Part shown: positions 19,069 through 29,700 of the stretch, piece by piece
Numbering within the stretch: position 1 is the first letter of the stretch
Layout of the letters: the number at the start of each line of letters is the position of its first letter
Origin: Candidatus Eiseniibacteriota bacterium
GTDB taxonomy: Bacteria > Eisenbacteria > RBG-16-71-46 > JABDJR01
NCBI GenBank assembly: GCA_963762255.1
Contig: CAVXKA010000003.1
Coordinates: 192,001-256,000, forward strand
Length of the DNA: 64,000 bases
Reading direction: 5' to 3'
Notes under the pieces: generated by a model
The model's input: only the letters and a program-made list of their open reading frames with translations
Database searches by the model: none
Told to the model about the DNA's origin: nothing
Translations under genes and position numbers: made by a program

Positions 19069-20568
19069 CTACGCTTCGCTCGCGAAACGCTCGGCGAATT
19101 CCTTTTCCAGTTTCTTGAGCCGTTTTTCCGAGATGCCGCCCAGAGCCTCGATGGCGCGGCGCAGTCGCACCCGGGTCATGTCCGATCCCAGAATGGCCAT
19201 CGAATCGTAGAGCGGCGTCCACACGCGACCGCCGCTCAGCGCGACGTAGAAGGGCAGGTTGAGATCGCGCGGCTTCACGTCGAGCTTCTCGGCAAGCTCG
19301 CGGAATACCGCTTCGATCGGATCTCGCGAGAAGTCCCGGAGCGGTTCGAGCTTCCACACCGCCATCTGGAGGATGTCGGCGAGCTCCTCCGCGCTCTTCC
19401 CCTTGAGCTGGAGATCGGCAACGTCGAGTGCGACCTCGTCGGCGAAGAACGGCGCCGTGAGACGACCCCAGTCCCCCAGGGTCTCCAGCCGCGGCTGCAC
19501 GAGGGGGATGATGCGAGCGAGGTTCTCGCGGTTCAACGCCCAGCGCTCCAGCGCGTCACCGAGCGCCGCCGGCGTGTAGTCCTCCCGGATGTAGCGACCG
19601 TTCAACCAGCGCAGCTTGGCGGGATCGAACACCGGACCGCCCAGCGAGATCCGCTCCAGCTCCAGGTTCGCGGCCATGTCGGCGAGGGTGAACTTCTCCT
19701 CGCCGTCGGGCATGAGCCAGCCCATGAGACCGAGGTAGTTTCGCAGGGCCTCGGGGAGAATCCCCGCACGCCGGTAGTAGTTGATCGATGTCGGGTTCTT
19801 GCGCTTGGAGAGCTTGCTCTTGTTGGCGTCGTTGTTGCGCAGGAGCGGCAGGTGACAGAACACCGGCGGTTCCCAGCCGAATTGCTCGAAGAGGCGGACG
19901 TGTTTGGGAACGGAGTTGATCCACTCCTCGCCGCGGATGATGTGCGAGATCCCCATCAGGTGATCGTCCACCACCACCGCCAGGTGATAGGTGGGAAAAC
20001 CGTCCGACTTGAGGATCACCTGGTCGTCCACCGACGCCCAGTCCTTGCGAATCTCGCCGCGCAACAGATCGCGGAAGACGCACTCCCCTTCCGTCGGCAC
20101 CTTCATCCGCACGACACAAGGCTCGCCGGCGGCGGCGCGCCGAGCGGCCTCGGCGGGATCCAGCCCGCGACAGTGCCGGTCGTAGCCGCCTCCCGCGCCC
20201 TCCCGCTTGCGCACCGCATCGAGGCGCTCCTTCCCGCAGAAGCACCGGTACGCGTGCCCCGCTTCGAGCAGCCGATCCGCATGCTCCCGATAAATAGGAA
20301 GCCGCTCGCTTTGGCGATACGGCCCGTGCGGCCCGCCGACGTCGGGGCCTTCGTCCCATGGAAGACCGATCCAGCGCAGCGACTCGAGAATCGCCCGCTC
20401 CGACTCCGGTGTGGAACGGGCCTGGTCGGTATCCTCGATGCGCAGAATGAAGGCGCCGCCTCGCCCCTTGGCAAAGGCGTAGTTGAAGAGCGCCTGGTAA
20501 GCGGTGCCTACGTGGGGATCGCCGGTCGGCGACGGGGCCACGCGGACGCGGACGGGCTTCTCGGCCAT
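19069..20568 (-). CDS. gltX: Glutamate--tRNA ligase
   Basis: [40 protein letters not shown] and KLSKR; anticodon-binding domain present. Confidence 0.96.
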   Translation of the reverse strand: MAEKPVRVRVAPSPTGDPHVGTAYQALFNYAFAKGRGGAFILRIEDTDQARSTPESERAILESLRWIGLPWDEGPDVGGPHGPYRQSERLPIYREHADRLLEAGHAYRCFCGKERLDAVRKREGAGGGYDRHCRGLDPAEAARRAAAGEPCVVRMKVPTEGECVFRDLLRGEIRKDWASVDDQVILKSDGFPTYHLAVVVDDHLMGISHIIRGEEWINSVPKHVRLFEQFGWEPPVFCHLPLLRNNDANKSKLSKRKNPTSINYYRRAGILPEALRNYLGLMGWLMPDGEEKFTLADMAANLELERISLGGPVFDPAKLRWLNGRYIREDYTPAALGDALERWALNRENLARIIPLVQPRLETLGDWGRLTAPFFADEVALDVADLQLKGKSAEELADILQMAVWKLEPLRDFSRDPIEAVFRELAEKLDVKPRDLNLPFYVALSGGRVWTPLYDSMAILGSDMTRVRLRRAIEALGGISEKRLKKLEKEFAERFASEA

Positions 20569-20660
20569 CGGCTCCTCGAGGGAAAACGCACCGGCCCGAT
20601 CGCAAGGGCCGGCGCGGACTTCACACCGTCGATGAAGCGCGGGATTCTATCACGGCCGGA

Positions 20661-21293
20661 TCACACCGTCGCGCGCAGGGACTCGAGCAGCGCCGCCGCT
20701 CGTTCCACGAACGCGGCCGACGCGGGGTCGAGACCGTGCCCGGGGGAGAGCACGTCGAGCTGGGAGACGACCGCGGGATAGTCAGCCATGCTGAGAGCGC
20801 CCCGAGCCATGAACCAGCGCACATCCGACGCGGAGAAGGTGCGGTCGTGCGTGAAGACGTAGGCCGCGTTCCCGGCCAGCAGCACCGCGCCCCGAGCCCT
20901 CACCGATGCGGGGTCGTCGTGCCCCACCGCGATCAGCACCCGCCCCGCCGTCGCGTCGATGGCCTGCGCGCTGCGCAGGAGCGCCTCATCGAAGCGGTCC
21001 TCGGCCACGTCCAGCTCCCGATCGCGGACTGCGACCCAACCTTCCCCGACGAAGGCCTCCGCGTATTCGGGATCGACCGCGAGCGCATCGGCGAAGCGCG
21101 CCGAGGCCGTCTCCAGGTCCCCCTGCTCGAACGCGGTCCACCCCTCCTGCGTCAACGAGGCCGCGGTCGGCTTCTCGGGGCCGCCCCCGCCCCCTCCACA
21201 ACCAGCCATGACAACCAGAAGGACCGTGAGCAGCGTGACCGCAGCCGGCCCGCGCCCGGCGTTCCCACGAACGAAGCTCGTGATCCGGCTCAT
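20661..21293 (-). CDS. TPR-repeat lipoprotein
   Basis: Lipobox VMAGC; TPR-like helices (GWTAFEQGDLETASARFADALAVDPEYAEA); ATGA-coupled to the upstream C25 gene. Confidence 0.75.
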   Translation of the reverse strand: MSRITSFVRGNAGRGPAAVTLLTVLLVVMAGCGGGGGGPEKPTAASLTQEGWTAFEQGDLETASARFADALAVDPEYAEAFVGEGWVAVRDRELDVAEDRFDEALLRSAQAIDATAGRVLIAVGHDDPASVRARGAVLLAGNAAYVFTHDRTFSASDVRWFMARGALSMADYPAVVSQLDVLSPGHGLDPASAAFVERAAALLESLRATV

Positions 21294-24200
21294 CGCTCAC
21301 CTCCCCCGCCCAGGCGCACGATACGTTGCACGGCGCGTTCCTTGCCCGCCACCACGCGCACGAAGAAGACTCCGGCCGGCGCGGGCCGGCCCGCGTCATC
21401 GCCTCCGTCCCAGCCCACCTCGTGATCCCCGTCGGGGAACACACGGTCGGCAAGGATCTTCACCTTCCGGCCTCTCACGTCGAAGATCTCCAGGCGCACG
21501 CGCGCCTCCGAGCTGAGCGCGAAGGCGATGCGCGTGGACGCGGAGAAGGGGTTCGGCGCCGCCGCCGACACGGCCAGGGCGGGCCGCGGTTCGACGTGGA
21601 CCGTCCCGGAAGCGTTCAATCGATACCAGCCGAAGTTCGCGGCCGGCACCGTGGCGCTCCCGGAGGACCATGCGGACAATGTCACCGGACGCCACGCGGC
21701 CCCATCCCACCAGGTCACCGCCGCGCCTGCCCACTCCGCGGGGACGGCGAAGCGCACCTGCGTCCCGGGAGGCGCCGCGCTCCCTACCGGTCCCACTTGC
21801 ACGCGCTCGCCGTCGCCGGGTGGAATGCCGTCCTCCGAAAGCGAGGTGCCGGACATTCGCTGTACAAGCAGGAGGTCGGGCCACCCGCCGAGGCCGCCCG
21901 CCCACACCGCGACCTCGGCCTGCCGCGCCTCCATCCAACCCAGTGACTGAGGCGCTCCCAACACATCCAGCGATCGCTCCGTCCGCGCGGTTCGGCCGTC
22001 CTTCGCGGTGGCGGTCACCACCACGCGATGCGTGCCCACCGTGAGCGTCGCGCTCGCGCGATAGAAGCGTCGCGCCGCATCCGCCACGGAAACGGCAAGC
22101 GAGACGCCGTCCAGCGTCACCGCAGCCGGGTTCACCAGCTCCTTGGTCGACACAACCGTAATCGAGAGGAACTCGGGGAGCTGCGCCCCTTGGAGAAGGC
22201 CGAGGGCGAGGCGCGGTTCCACCGCTTCGCGCTGCGGCGCTCCCACGTAGCCGGTCCGCCGGGGATCGTGGCGAAACATGGGCCAACCGGCATTCGCCAC
22301 CACACGGCCCTTGCTGCGGAACACATAGATGCCGCGATCGAACCCGGAGATGACGACCTCGTTCAGGCCGTCGCCGTCGAGATCGGTGACCAACACGCCG
22401 CCGTCCATCGGCGAATCGGTCTTGAGCGGAAATCCATCGACGTAGCTCGCGTCTTTGTTGACCGCGATGATCCACCCGGTTCGGTTCCCCCAAACGATTT
22501 CCAGATCGTCGTCTTCGTCCAAATTGGCCACGGAGGGAGACCCGCGCGAGGACATCAGCCGACCGATTTCGTCGAGGAAGAAGACGGGGAACCCGCTGAA
22601 TGAGGTTCCGTCCGCACGCCAGAGATTCGCCACGCCGTTGCCGGAAACGGAAATGACTTCGAGCGTCCCGTCGTTGTCCACGTCCGCCACGGCCGGGGAC
22701 GGCATGAGGTCCTGGTTCTGCACGTACGCGGATTTCGGCCACCCGGGGAGCGACTTCCCGTCGAGGCCGCGCACCTCCACCGAGTCCGAACCGGTCGTGA
22801 TGATGATGTCGATCTTGCCGTCCCGGTTGAGATCGGCCAGGGCCGGCGATGACGTGATCGCTCCGCGCGTGGCGATCGGCCACCCGGGGAAGGGAGTGCC
22901 GTCGTCATCGAGAACGTGGATCCGGCCCATGTAGCTCTCGGAAGTGGGAACGCCGTCGACTCGCGTTCCCAACACGATCTCCTCGCGGCCATCTCCGTCC
23001 AGATCGGCGGCCGCCACGGAGCCGTAAGAATACACTCCCTCCGTCCTGTGGAAGATTCCGTAGGTGGCCGGGTCGCTGTCGCCATCCCGAAGCTCATTGC
23101 CGAAGCGATCGAAGCCCCACAGTCCCTTCACTCCCTGGAAGAAGATCTCGGGTAGACCGTCTCCGGTCACGTCGGCCAGCACCGGCGTGCTAATTCGGGA
23201 GACGTCTCCGGTCCACGCGTACCGGGGCCATCCCGGGAGGAGCCTTCCGAAACTGTCCCACACCACGACCTCGCCCTCGCCCCTGCTGACACCGACCAAC
23301 TCCAGCCGGCCGTCCCCGTCCAGATCCGCCGCGGAGGGGGAGGCCCAGTACCCTATCGCCACCGTGGGCCGGCTGGACCACACACCCATCGTGCGGGCGT
23401 CGGCGTCCCCGTCCCAGACCTCGCTTCCGTCTCCGTGGAACGCGTAGATCTGCTCACGCCCGGTGATCACATCCTGAACGCCGTCGCCGTCCAGATCGGC
23501 GACGAGAGGTGACGCCTGGGTTCCCTGGTTGGCTGCGAGCGGGAATCCGGCGGCCAGCGGCAGGGCCGCCGTTCCCCGTATCACTGCGCTCTGCGCGGAG
23601 AGATTGCCGCTCGAGTCCTGCGCGGCGACGCGGTAGTAGCGAATGGCCAAACCCGGAAGCGGCTCGTCCACGAAGAACGTGAAGGGATTGGCTTCGAATC
23701 CGGACAGGCGCTCGAACGGTCCGGCGGCGGCGATCGAGTGATACACCACGTAACGCGCGACATCGGGACTCGTGCTCGCGGTCCACGTGAGCGTGATGCT
23801 CGATTCCGCACCGCGCGCGAACCCAGGTGTGGGCGCCAGGGGTTTCACAAGATCCAATACCGAGTCGAAGCGGTTCGTGCCGCCGTCGTTGACCACCAGC
23901 CGCAGACGAGGCATCGTGGCGCCCGGGCCCAGCAGCACCTGGAACGGCGGGTCCTCGGTGGCGGATCGCACGATCCCCGCCGGAATCCAGGCGAAGGAGG
24001 CTGTCCCGTCCAGAATCGTGGCGTCTTGCGGGTCCACAAAGCTCAAGGACGCCGTCAGGTCCAGACTCCCTCCCGATCCGCGGTTCACAAGCTGCGGGAC
24101 GACACCGACGCTCTCGCCGGCCTCGGCGATCCCGTCGCCGTCTCCCTGCAGCTCTCGAACCTCGAGATCGTAGACCTTCAGCTCCGGGGCGCTCACGTCG

Positions 24201-26662
24201 AGCACCGCGGGAACCGTCCAAGTCCCTTCATCGGCCGTCACGGTAAGCGTGACGCGCACCGTGGTGCGGTCCCCCACCGAGGGCGCCACCTGCACCTCGA
24301 ACGGAAAGCCCGCTTCCGCGTCCGCGGAGAGGGAGAGCGGCCCTCCGGGAAGAGCGGTGAACACGAGCGACTCACCTTCCCCGACCGAGCTCACCGTGAG
24401 CCCGTTCAGCGCAGCGCTGCCTCGGTTCCGCACGCGGTACTCCACCCTCGCACGTTCCCCAGCCTCGAGCCGCCCGTCGCCGTTTGCCGGCGACAGCGCG
24501 AGGTCGTCGATCACCGTACCGGCGAGCACCGGGTAGCCGGCGGTGGGGGGGGTGACCGAGATGTCGGCGAGGTACGGAAGTCGGTCCGGGGCCACCGCGG
24601 TGATTTGCAGCGTCCCGGTAGTCTGTGGCCGCGTGACCAGCGTGGCCGACCCCGAGGCGTCGGTGAGCGCGGAGGCGAAGGTCTCGCCGTTCTTGAACAG
24701 CGTGACCCGCGCACCGGCCACGGGTGCGCCCCCCTCGCGCACCGTGATCAGAATCGTGCGCTCTCCCAGAGCGAACGCGGCGGGGTGAGTGACGGTCAGC
24801 GCCCCGGGCCGGCGTGTCCAGATCGCCATGTGCGGATCCCCGAGATAGATCAGGGTGAACTGCATCCAGCGGTTGGAGGTGTCCGCCGTCGAGAGCGATA
24901 TGAACGGGAGCTTGGCCAGTGAGGCCGCCTTGCCCAGCCGCTCCGCATCGCCATCGGTGTCGGGAGTGGGCGGGAAGACCAAGCGACAAAACTCGAGGTC
25001 GTAGTCGTGGCTCGTGCCCGGAAAATCGTAGCGAGTCGCCCCCAGGCAGGCCACCGCGCCGCCTTGAGGGCAGAAGATGAGATGCTCGGCAATGCAATCG
25101 AAGTCGAAGGCGGCGGAGGTGCAGTTGATGGCGTAGAGCACCGACTGCCGACCGGCATTCTGCAGCGCATCGGCGTGCGAGATCACGATCGAATGGCCTC
25201 CGCGGCCCACTGCCATGTTGTTGTAGTACCCGTGGCCGACGTGGTGGAGGAGACCGTATCCCCGGTCGATTTCCTCCAGCACCGTGGAGATGGTCTCCAC
25301 CTCCGCTCCCTCGAATGGGACGTTGTTCTCGTAGAGGCGCTTGATCTTGAAGTTCGAAGGCAGATAGCTGACGGTCTCCTCGGAAAGCACCGCCCCATCG
25401 AAGAGCGCGGGTTCGGACGGGGACCAGTTCTGCGGCGTGATGACCTCCGCGAGCATGAGAGCGGAGGCGGGGTAGTCTTCGTCGACCGGGGGGGCGATTT
25501 CGTAGGTGAGCACCTTGTCCACGGCGATCCGGGCCTCTTCGGCGGTGTGCGAAGGCAGGCGTCCGATCCAGACATCGGGAACCAGGTCCGCGTCGTCCCC
25601 CGGCTTCGCAACGGTCGCGTAGCCCTCGCCGAATTCCAGGTTGCCGTTCCGGTTCCAGTTCCCATCCAGGCACTGGAAATACAAGTCGGTGGGAATGGAC
25701 TCCCCGGTGTAGTACTTGGTACGTCCGTACCGCGCCGGCAAAGTGGGCGCGTCCCCGCCGAGGAGCACCCATTCGGTTCCCCAAAAGGTGACCGCGTCCT
25801 TGATGAAGTTCCGGATCCGCTCGGGGTGATCGGCACCCTCGGGGTAGTTCTGGCGGATCCACTCCACCGTCCGTACCACCGTCGGGACACCTGCCCGGGT
25901 CTTCCAATCGGCGAGTCGCTGGTACTCCGCCGCCATCGCCTCCGACGTGATGATCACGTAGTCGACGGGGCTCCCATCGATCGACGGGTTCGAGAGCGGT
26001 TGAAAAGCCGCCCCTTCTTCCTCAAGTCGGCGTTCGGAGGATGGCACCGGCCGCGGCGGCGCCGCGCGTCCGGGATCCAGGTCGACGACACGCCCTCGCA
26101 GTTCGCCGGACCTAACCCCGGCCCGACCGCGCCGCGGCTGCACCACGTCGCGCGCGTCGTCGGTCTCGAGGCGGAGCGCCAGGGTGATCCTCGTGACCAG
26201 CTCCCACGAACCGTCCTGGAGCCGACGAAGCGGAGCTACGCTCAATCCGTCCACTCGATCGCCGCGCAGATATCCCCCCGGCCCCGCGATCGCCAGGTCG
26301 TCTTGGGGCATCTCGCCGGTGCTCACCGCGGACTCGCCCGGGAATCGAAACACCGCCACCGCACCCGGCGGCCTTACGGGCACGCTGGTGGCGGCGAGGA
26401 CGGACACCGAGGCCACCCGAGTCCCGGCGGGCGGAAGCACTGTCACCGGGAGGAGAGGGATATCCCAACTTCCCGGCACTGAAGCCGGGAAAGCGCCGGT
26501 GATCGTCGCGCGGAACCCGCCGTCCCCCTGAATCCATCCAAGATCCCCGAGAGGGATCTCGATCTCGACCACCCCGGCTCCGGGCGTTCCGTGCACCGGA
26601 TCGTGAGTGGCCACCAGGAGAGAGAGTAGAAACGCGCCGAGAAGAAGCCTTCGATACATCAT
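21290..26662 (-). CDS. Giant C25 (gingipain-family) cysteine peptidase with Ig/FN3 domains, FG-GAP propeller and FlgD/T9SS-like CTD (paralog 1)
   Basis: Propeptide; YVIIT...LADWKT..G; VLLGGD; IGRLP; HVGHG and AINCTS (His/Cys dyad); LGDP; many ADLDGDG..E repeats; PNPF...WDG...GVFF. Confidence 0.88.
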   Translation of the reverse strand: MMYRRLLLGAFLLSLLVATHDPVHGTPGAGVVEIEIPLGDLGWIQGDGGFRATITGAFPASVPGSWDIPLLPVTVLPPAGTRVASVSVLAATSVPVRPPGAVAVFRFPGESAVSTGEMPQDDLAIAGPGGYLRGDRVDGLSVAPLRRLQDGSWELVTRITLALRLETDDARDVVQPRRGRAGVRSGELRGRVVDLDPGRAAPPRPVPSSERRLEEEGAAFQPLSNPSIDGSPVDYVIITSEAMAAEYQRLADWKTRAGVPTVVRTVEWIRQNYPEGADHPERIRNFIKDAVTFWGTEWVLLGGDAPTLPARYGRTKYYTGESIPTDLYFQCLDGNWNRNGNLEFGEGYATVAKPGDDADLVPDVWIGRLPSHTAEEARIAVDKVLTYEIAPPVDEDYPASALMLAEVITPQNWSPSEPALFDGAVLSEETVSYLPSNFKIKRLYENNVPFEGAEVETISTVLEEIDRGYGLLHHVGHGYYNNMAVGRGGHSIVISHADALQNAGRQSVLYAINCTSAAFDFDCIAEHLIFCPQGGAVACLGATRYDFPGTSHDYDLEFCRLVFPPTPDTDGDAERLGKAASLAKLPFISLSTADTSNRWMQFTLIYLGDPHMAIWTRRPGALTVTHPAAFALGERTILITVREGGAPVAGARVTLFKNGETFASALTDASGSATLVTRPQTTGTLQITAVAPDRLPYLADISVTPPTAGYPVLAGTVIDDLALSPANGDGRLEAGERARVEYRVRNRGSAALNGLTVSSVGEGESLVFTALPGGPLSLSADAEAGFPFEVQVAPSVGDRTTVRVTLTVTADEGTWTVPAVLDVSAPELKVYDLEVRELQGDGDGIAEAGESVGVVPQLVNRGSGGSLDLTASLSFVDPQDATILDGTASFAWIPAGIVRSATEDPPFQVLLGPGATMPRLRLVVNDGGTNRFDSVLDLVKPLAPTPGFARGAESSITLTWTASTSPDVARYVVYHSIAAAGPFERLSGFEANPFTFFVDEPLPGLAIRYYRVAAQDSSGNLSAQSAVIRGTAALPLAAGFPLAANQGTQASPLVADLDGDGVQDVITGREQIYAFHGDGSEVWDGDADARTMGVWSSRPTVAIGYWASPSAADLDGDGRLELVGVSRGEGEVVVWDSFGRLLPGWPRYAWTGDVSRISTPVLADVTGDGLPEIFFQGVKGLWGFDRFGNELRDGDSDPATYGIFHRTEGVYSYGSVAAADLDGDGREEIVLGTRVDGVPTSESYMGRIHVLDDDGTPFPGWPIATRGAITSSPALADLNRDGKIDIIITTGSDSVEVRGLDGKSLPGWPKSAYVQNQDLMPSPAVADVDNDGTLEVISVSGNGVANLWRADGTSFSGFPVFFLDEIGRLMSSRGSPSVANLDEDDDLEIVWGNRTGWIIAVNKDASYVDGFPLKTDSPMDGGVLVTDLDGDGLNEVVISGFDRGIYVFRSKGRVVANAGWPMFRHDPRRTGYVGAPQREAVEPRLALGLLQGAQLPEFLSITVVSTKELVNPAAVTLDGVSLAVSVADAARRFYRASATLTVGTHRVVVTATAKDGRTARTERSLDVLGAPQSLGWMEARQAEVAVWAGGLGGWPDLLLVQRMSGTSLSEDGIPPGDGERVQVGPVGSAAPPGTQVRFAVPAEWAGAAVTWWDGAAWRPVTLSAWSSGSATVPAANFGWYRLNASGTVHVEPRPALAVSAAAPNPFSASTRIAFALSSEARVRLEIFDVRGRKVKILADRVFPDGDHEVGWDGGDDAGRPAPAGVFFVRVVAGKERAVQRIVRLGGGGER

Positions 26663-26767
26663 TGGACCACCCGCTCGCTAGGGACGTGAGGCAGGTCAGG
26701 GATGCGGGCAAGAGTATCAAGGGAGCGAGCGCCGCACCAGACCCGGCAGGCGCGGCGCCCACCGGGA

Positions 26768-29700
26768 TCAGGGCAGGGCGATCAGTTTTCGGGTGACCGA
26801 AGTGTGGCCCGAACGCAACCGCGAGAAGTACACGCCCGCTCCCACGCGCCGTCCAGCGGCATCCGACCCGTCCCAGGTGACCACGTAATCGCCTGCCGCA
26901 TGCCGGCCGCGCGCGAGAGTAACGACCCGCCGGCCGAGAGCGTCGAACACGGTGAGATCAACATCCGTATCGCCTTGGCCTCCCTCGGGAATCCGGAAGC
27001 GGATGGTGGTCCCGGCTGAGAAGGGATTGGGAAATCCCGGCGCAAGCGCGATCGGGGGACTCGGGCTCTCCGCTCCGGGAACCGCCGTGACCACCCAGAC
27101 CGGCTCCCCCACCAGCCCGGTACGGCGGCTGTCGTGGTGGAACATCGGCCAGGGTTGATTATCGGGATCGAAGGCCCCCGGAGATGTCCAGACGAACAGA
27201 TGCTGGTCCAAGCTGTGGGCGACTACCTCGGTGAATCCGTCATTGTCGATGTCCCACAGCACCGGACCGCCATCGACCCGGTTCCCGGTCGCAATCGGGA
27301 ACCCCTCCACGGGAGTGGCGTTCACGTTGTATGCATAGACATTACCGTCACTTCCACCGAAACATATTTCGTATTGTGAGTCCCCGTCGAGATTACCGAC
27401 CGCCGGAGAGCTCGAAAGCCCGATCCTCGCGCCGGCCGCGTCGTAGAGCACGAATCCCCACCCGGGGAAGAGCTGTCCGCTCTGGCCATGCCACAGATAC
27501 ACGGTCCCGTTCCCCGCGCAGAGAGCGACGTCCAGATATCCGTCGCCGTCCATGTCTGCGAGCGCGGGGGAAGCGTCATAGTCGCGATTCATATTCGCAC
27601 CCAGCGGCCAGCCCGGCGGCTGCTGAAGATTCGCGTTCACGGCGAACACCTTCAGATTCGAGCTGGCGAAAACGATTTCCTTCCAGCCGTCGTTGTCCAG
27701 ATCGCCAATCGCCGGCGAGTTCGTGATGTCGCCGCCGCTGACGTACGGAAATCCCGGCAGCGCGGTCCCATCCGGGTTCATCACATAGAGCTTGCCATCC
27801 CGCGAGCCGACGACGATCTCGGGCATCCCGTCGTTGTCGACGTCCCCGACCGCCGGTGTGCCGTAGTTTGCGGCGGTCCCCATGACGAGGAAGACGCCCA
27901 GGGTTGCCGGGTTGTGGTCCCCGTCCAGGAACTCGGTCCCGTCGTGATGGAAGGCGAACGTGTACGCGGCCGCATTGATGAGGATCTCCAGGTCCCCGTC
28001 GCCGTCGAGGTCGGCGAGGGTGGGAGCGCTCCACACGGCCGGACTCGGAAGTCCGCCGGGGTTGATCTGTCTCGGCCATCCGGGCTTCGCGCCGCCATGC
28101 GAGCTCCAGACGTAGAGCAGAGCGGTTTGGAACCCCGCGGCAACGATGTCCTGGACCCCGTCATTCTCGAGATCGGCCACAGCCGGGGGCGTCCAGAACG
28201 GCCCGAACCCCGTGCCCCCGAACACGCCGTAGGTCTGGGCGTTGTTGTCGCCGTCCAGGAGCTCGGTCCCGTCGTGCCGAACCGCGTACACCTCGCCGGC
28301 CCCGGTGACGAGTTCCGCCTTGGCATCGCCACTCAGGTAGGCCAAGCAGGGTGAGCACGGGGTCGAGGCATCCAGATCCAAGGGAAAGCCCTCGGCTGCC
28401 GGAATGCTCGTCGTGGCCTGCGCCACTCCCGATGCGGTGCCCTGGTTTCCGGAAGAGTCGACCGCTGCCACCCTGTAGTAGAAGCGCGTCATGGCGGGAA
28501 GCCCCTCGTCACGGAAATACGAGGTCCGGTCTGTCGGCAGTTCGTTGACCTTTGTGAACGGCCCTGCAAGGCTCAATGAGCGGTAGATGTTGTAGCCGCC
28601 CACCTCACCTCCGACCGCCGCCCATCTCAGGTCGATGCTGGTGGCGCTCCCGCTTGCGACCAACGAGGCGGGAACCGCCGGAGGGGCGATGTTGACGGTT
28701 CGGGTAAGCACGGTCCCCCGCTGATCGCTCACCGTCAGAAGGAGCGCGTGAGTCAGGCTTGTGTCGCTGAAGCGGAGCAGGAATCCATCCCCCCCGTGCC
28801 CAGCCCCCGCTTCGAGATCGCCGTAGAACGATGTGGGGTCCGAGATCTGTACCGCCGGATCGGCGCTCGACAACACGGCAGTGAGGCCCAGGGATCGTCC
28901 GAGTCCCAGATTGCGCAGGTAGAAACGTACATGCAGGTCTTCGTTGGCTTCCAGCGTGCCGTTACCGTTTCCGTTTCCGGCGGTGTCGCGCACGGCGGCG
29001 GCGTAGAGCCGCAAATTGGGACTTCCCACGTACAGCGCCATCGCTTCCTGGCGGGAGTACGCTCCCGAGCTCAGCGAAATCGTCATGCTCAGCGCGCTCA
29101 CGTCGGGGATCGACGCCCCCGCGGCGACCGTGAGCGGATCGGTGCAAAGGGCCGTCCCCCCCGCGGGGACCAGCGGGCATGAAGCGCCGGAATCGATCAC
29201 GGTGATGCCCGGCGGAGCGGTCACCACCGAAACGGAAACCGAACCACCGTCGGCGAGCCCTCGATTCCCGAGGGTCAGATACAGCGACGCGCTCTCCCCC
29301 GCCTCGAGGCGACTGTCTCCATCTCCCCCCGCCGTGTCGTCCACGACAACATCGGCCGCGAAGAGATGCGGGCCCGAGGGCGCCACGATCGAAAGCGAGT
29401 CGACGCGGCAGCGGTAGTTGTGCGCCCTCACGCCCAAGCTCAGGTTTCCGGGCAGATCCGGGTCGAAGGCGACCGTCGCAAGACCGTCGGGGCCGGTGAC
29501 GCCGTAGCCGTAGGCGTCCTCGGTCTTGTTGAGGCAGACCGTGGCCCCCGGGACTGGGTTTCCGCCGCTCGTCACCGAGACGGTATAGCTCTGGCGGCCG
29601 AGTTCCAGCGGCTCCAACACGGAGGCGGCAAGGGTCCCCACGGGGCCCGTGTAAATGTCCATGGTGGGATCCCCCATGCAGATCAGGCTGAACTGGGTCC

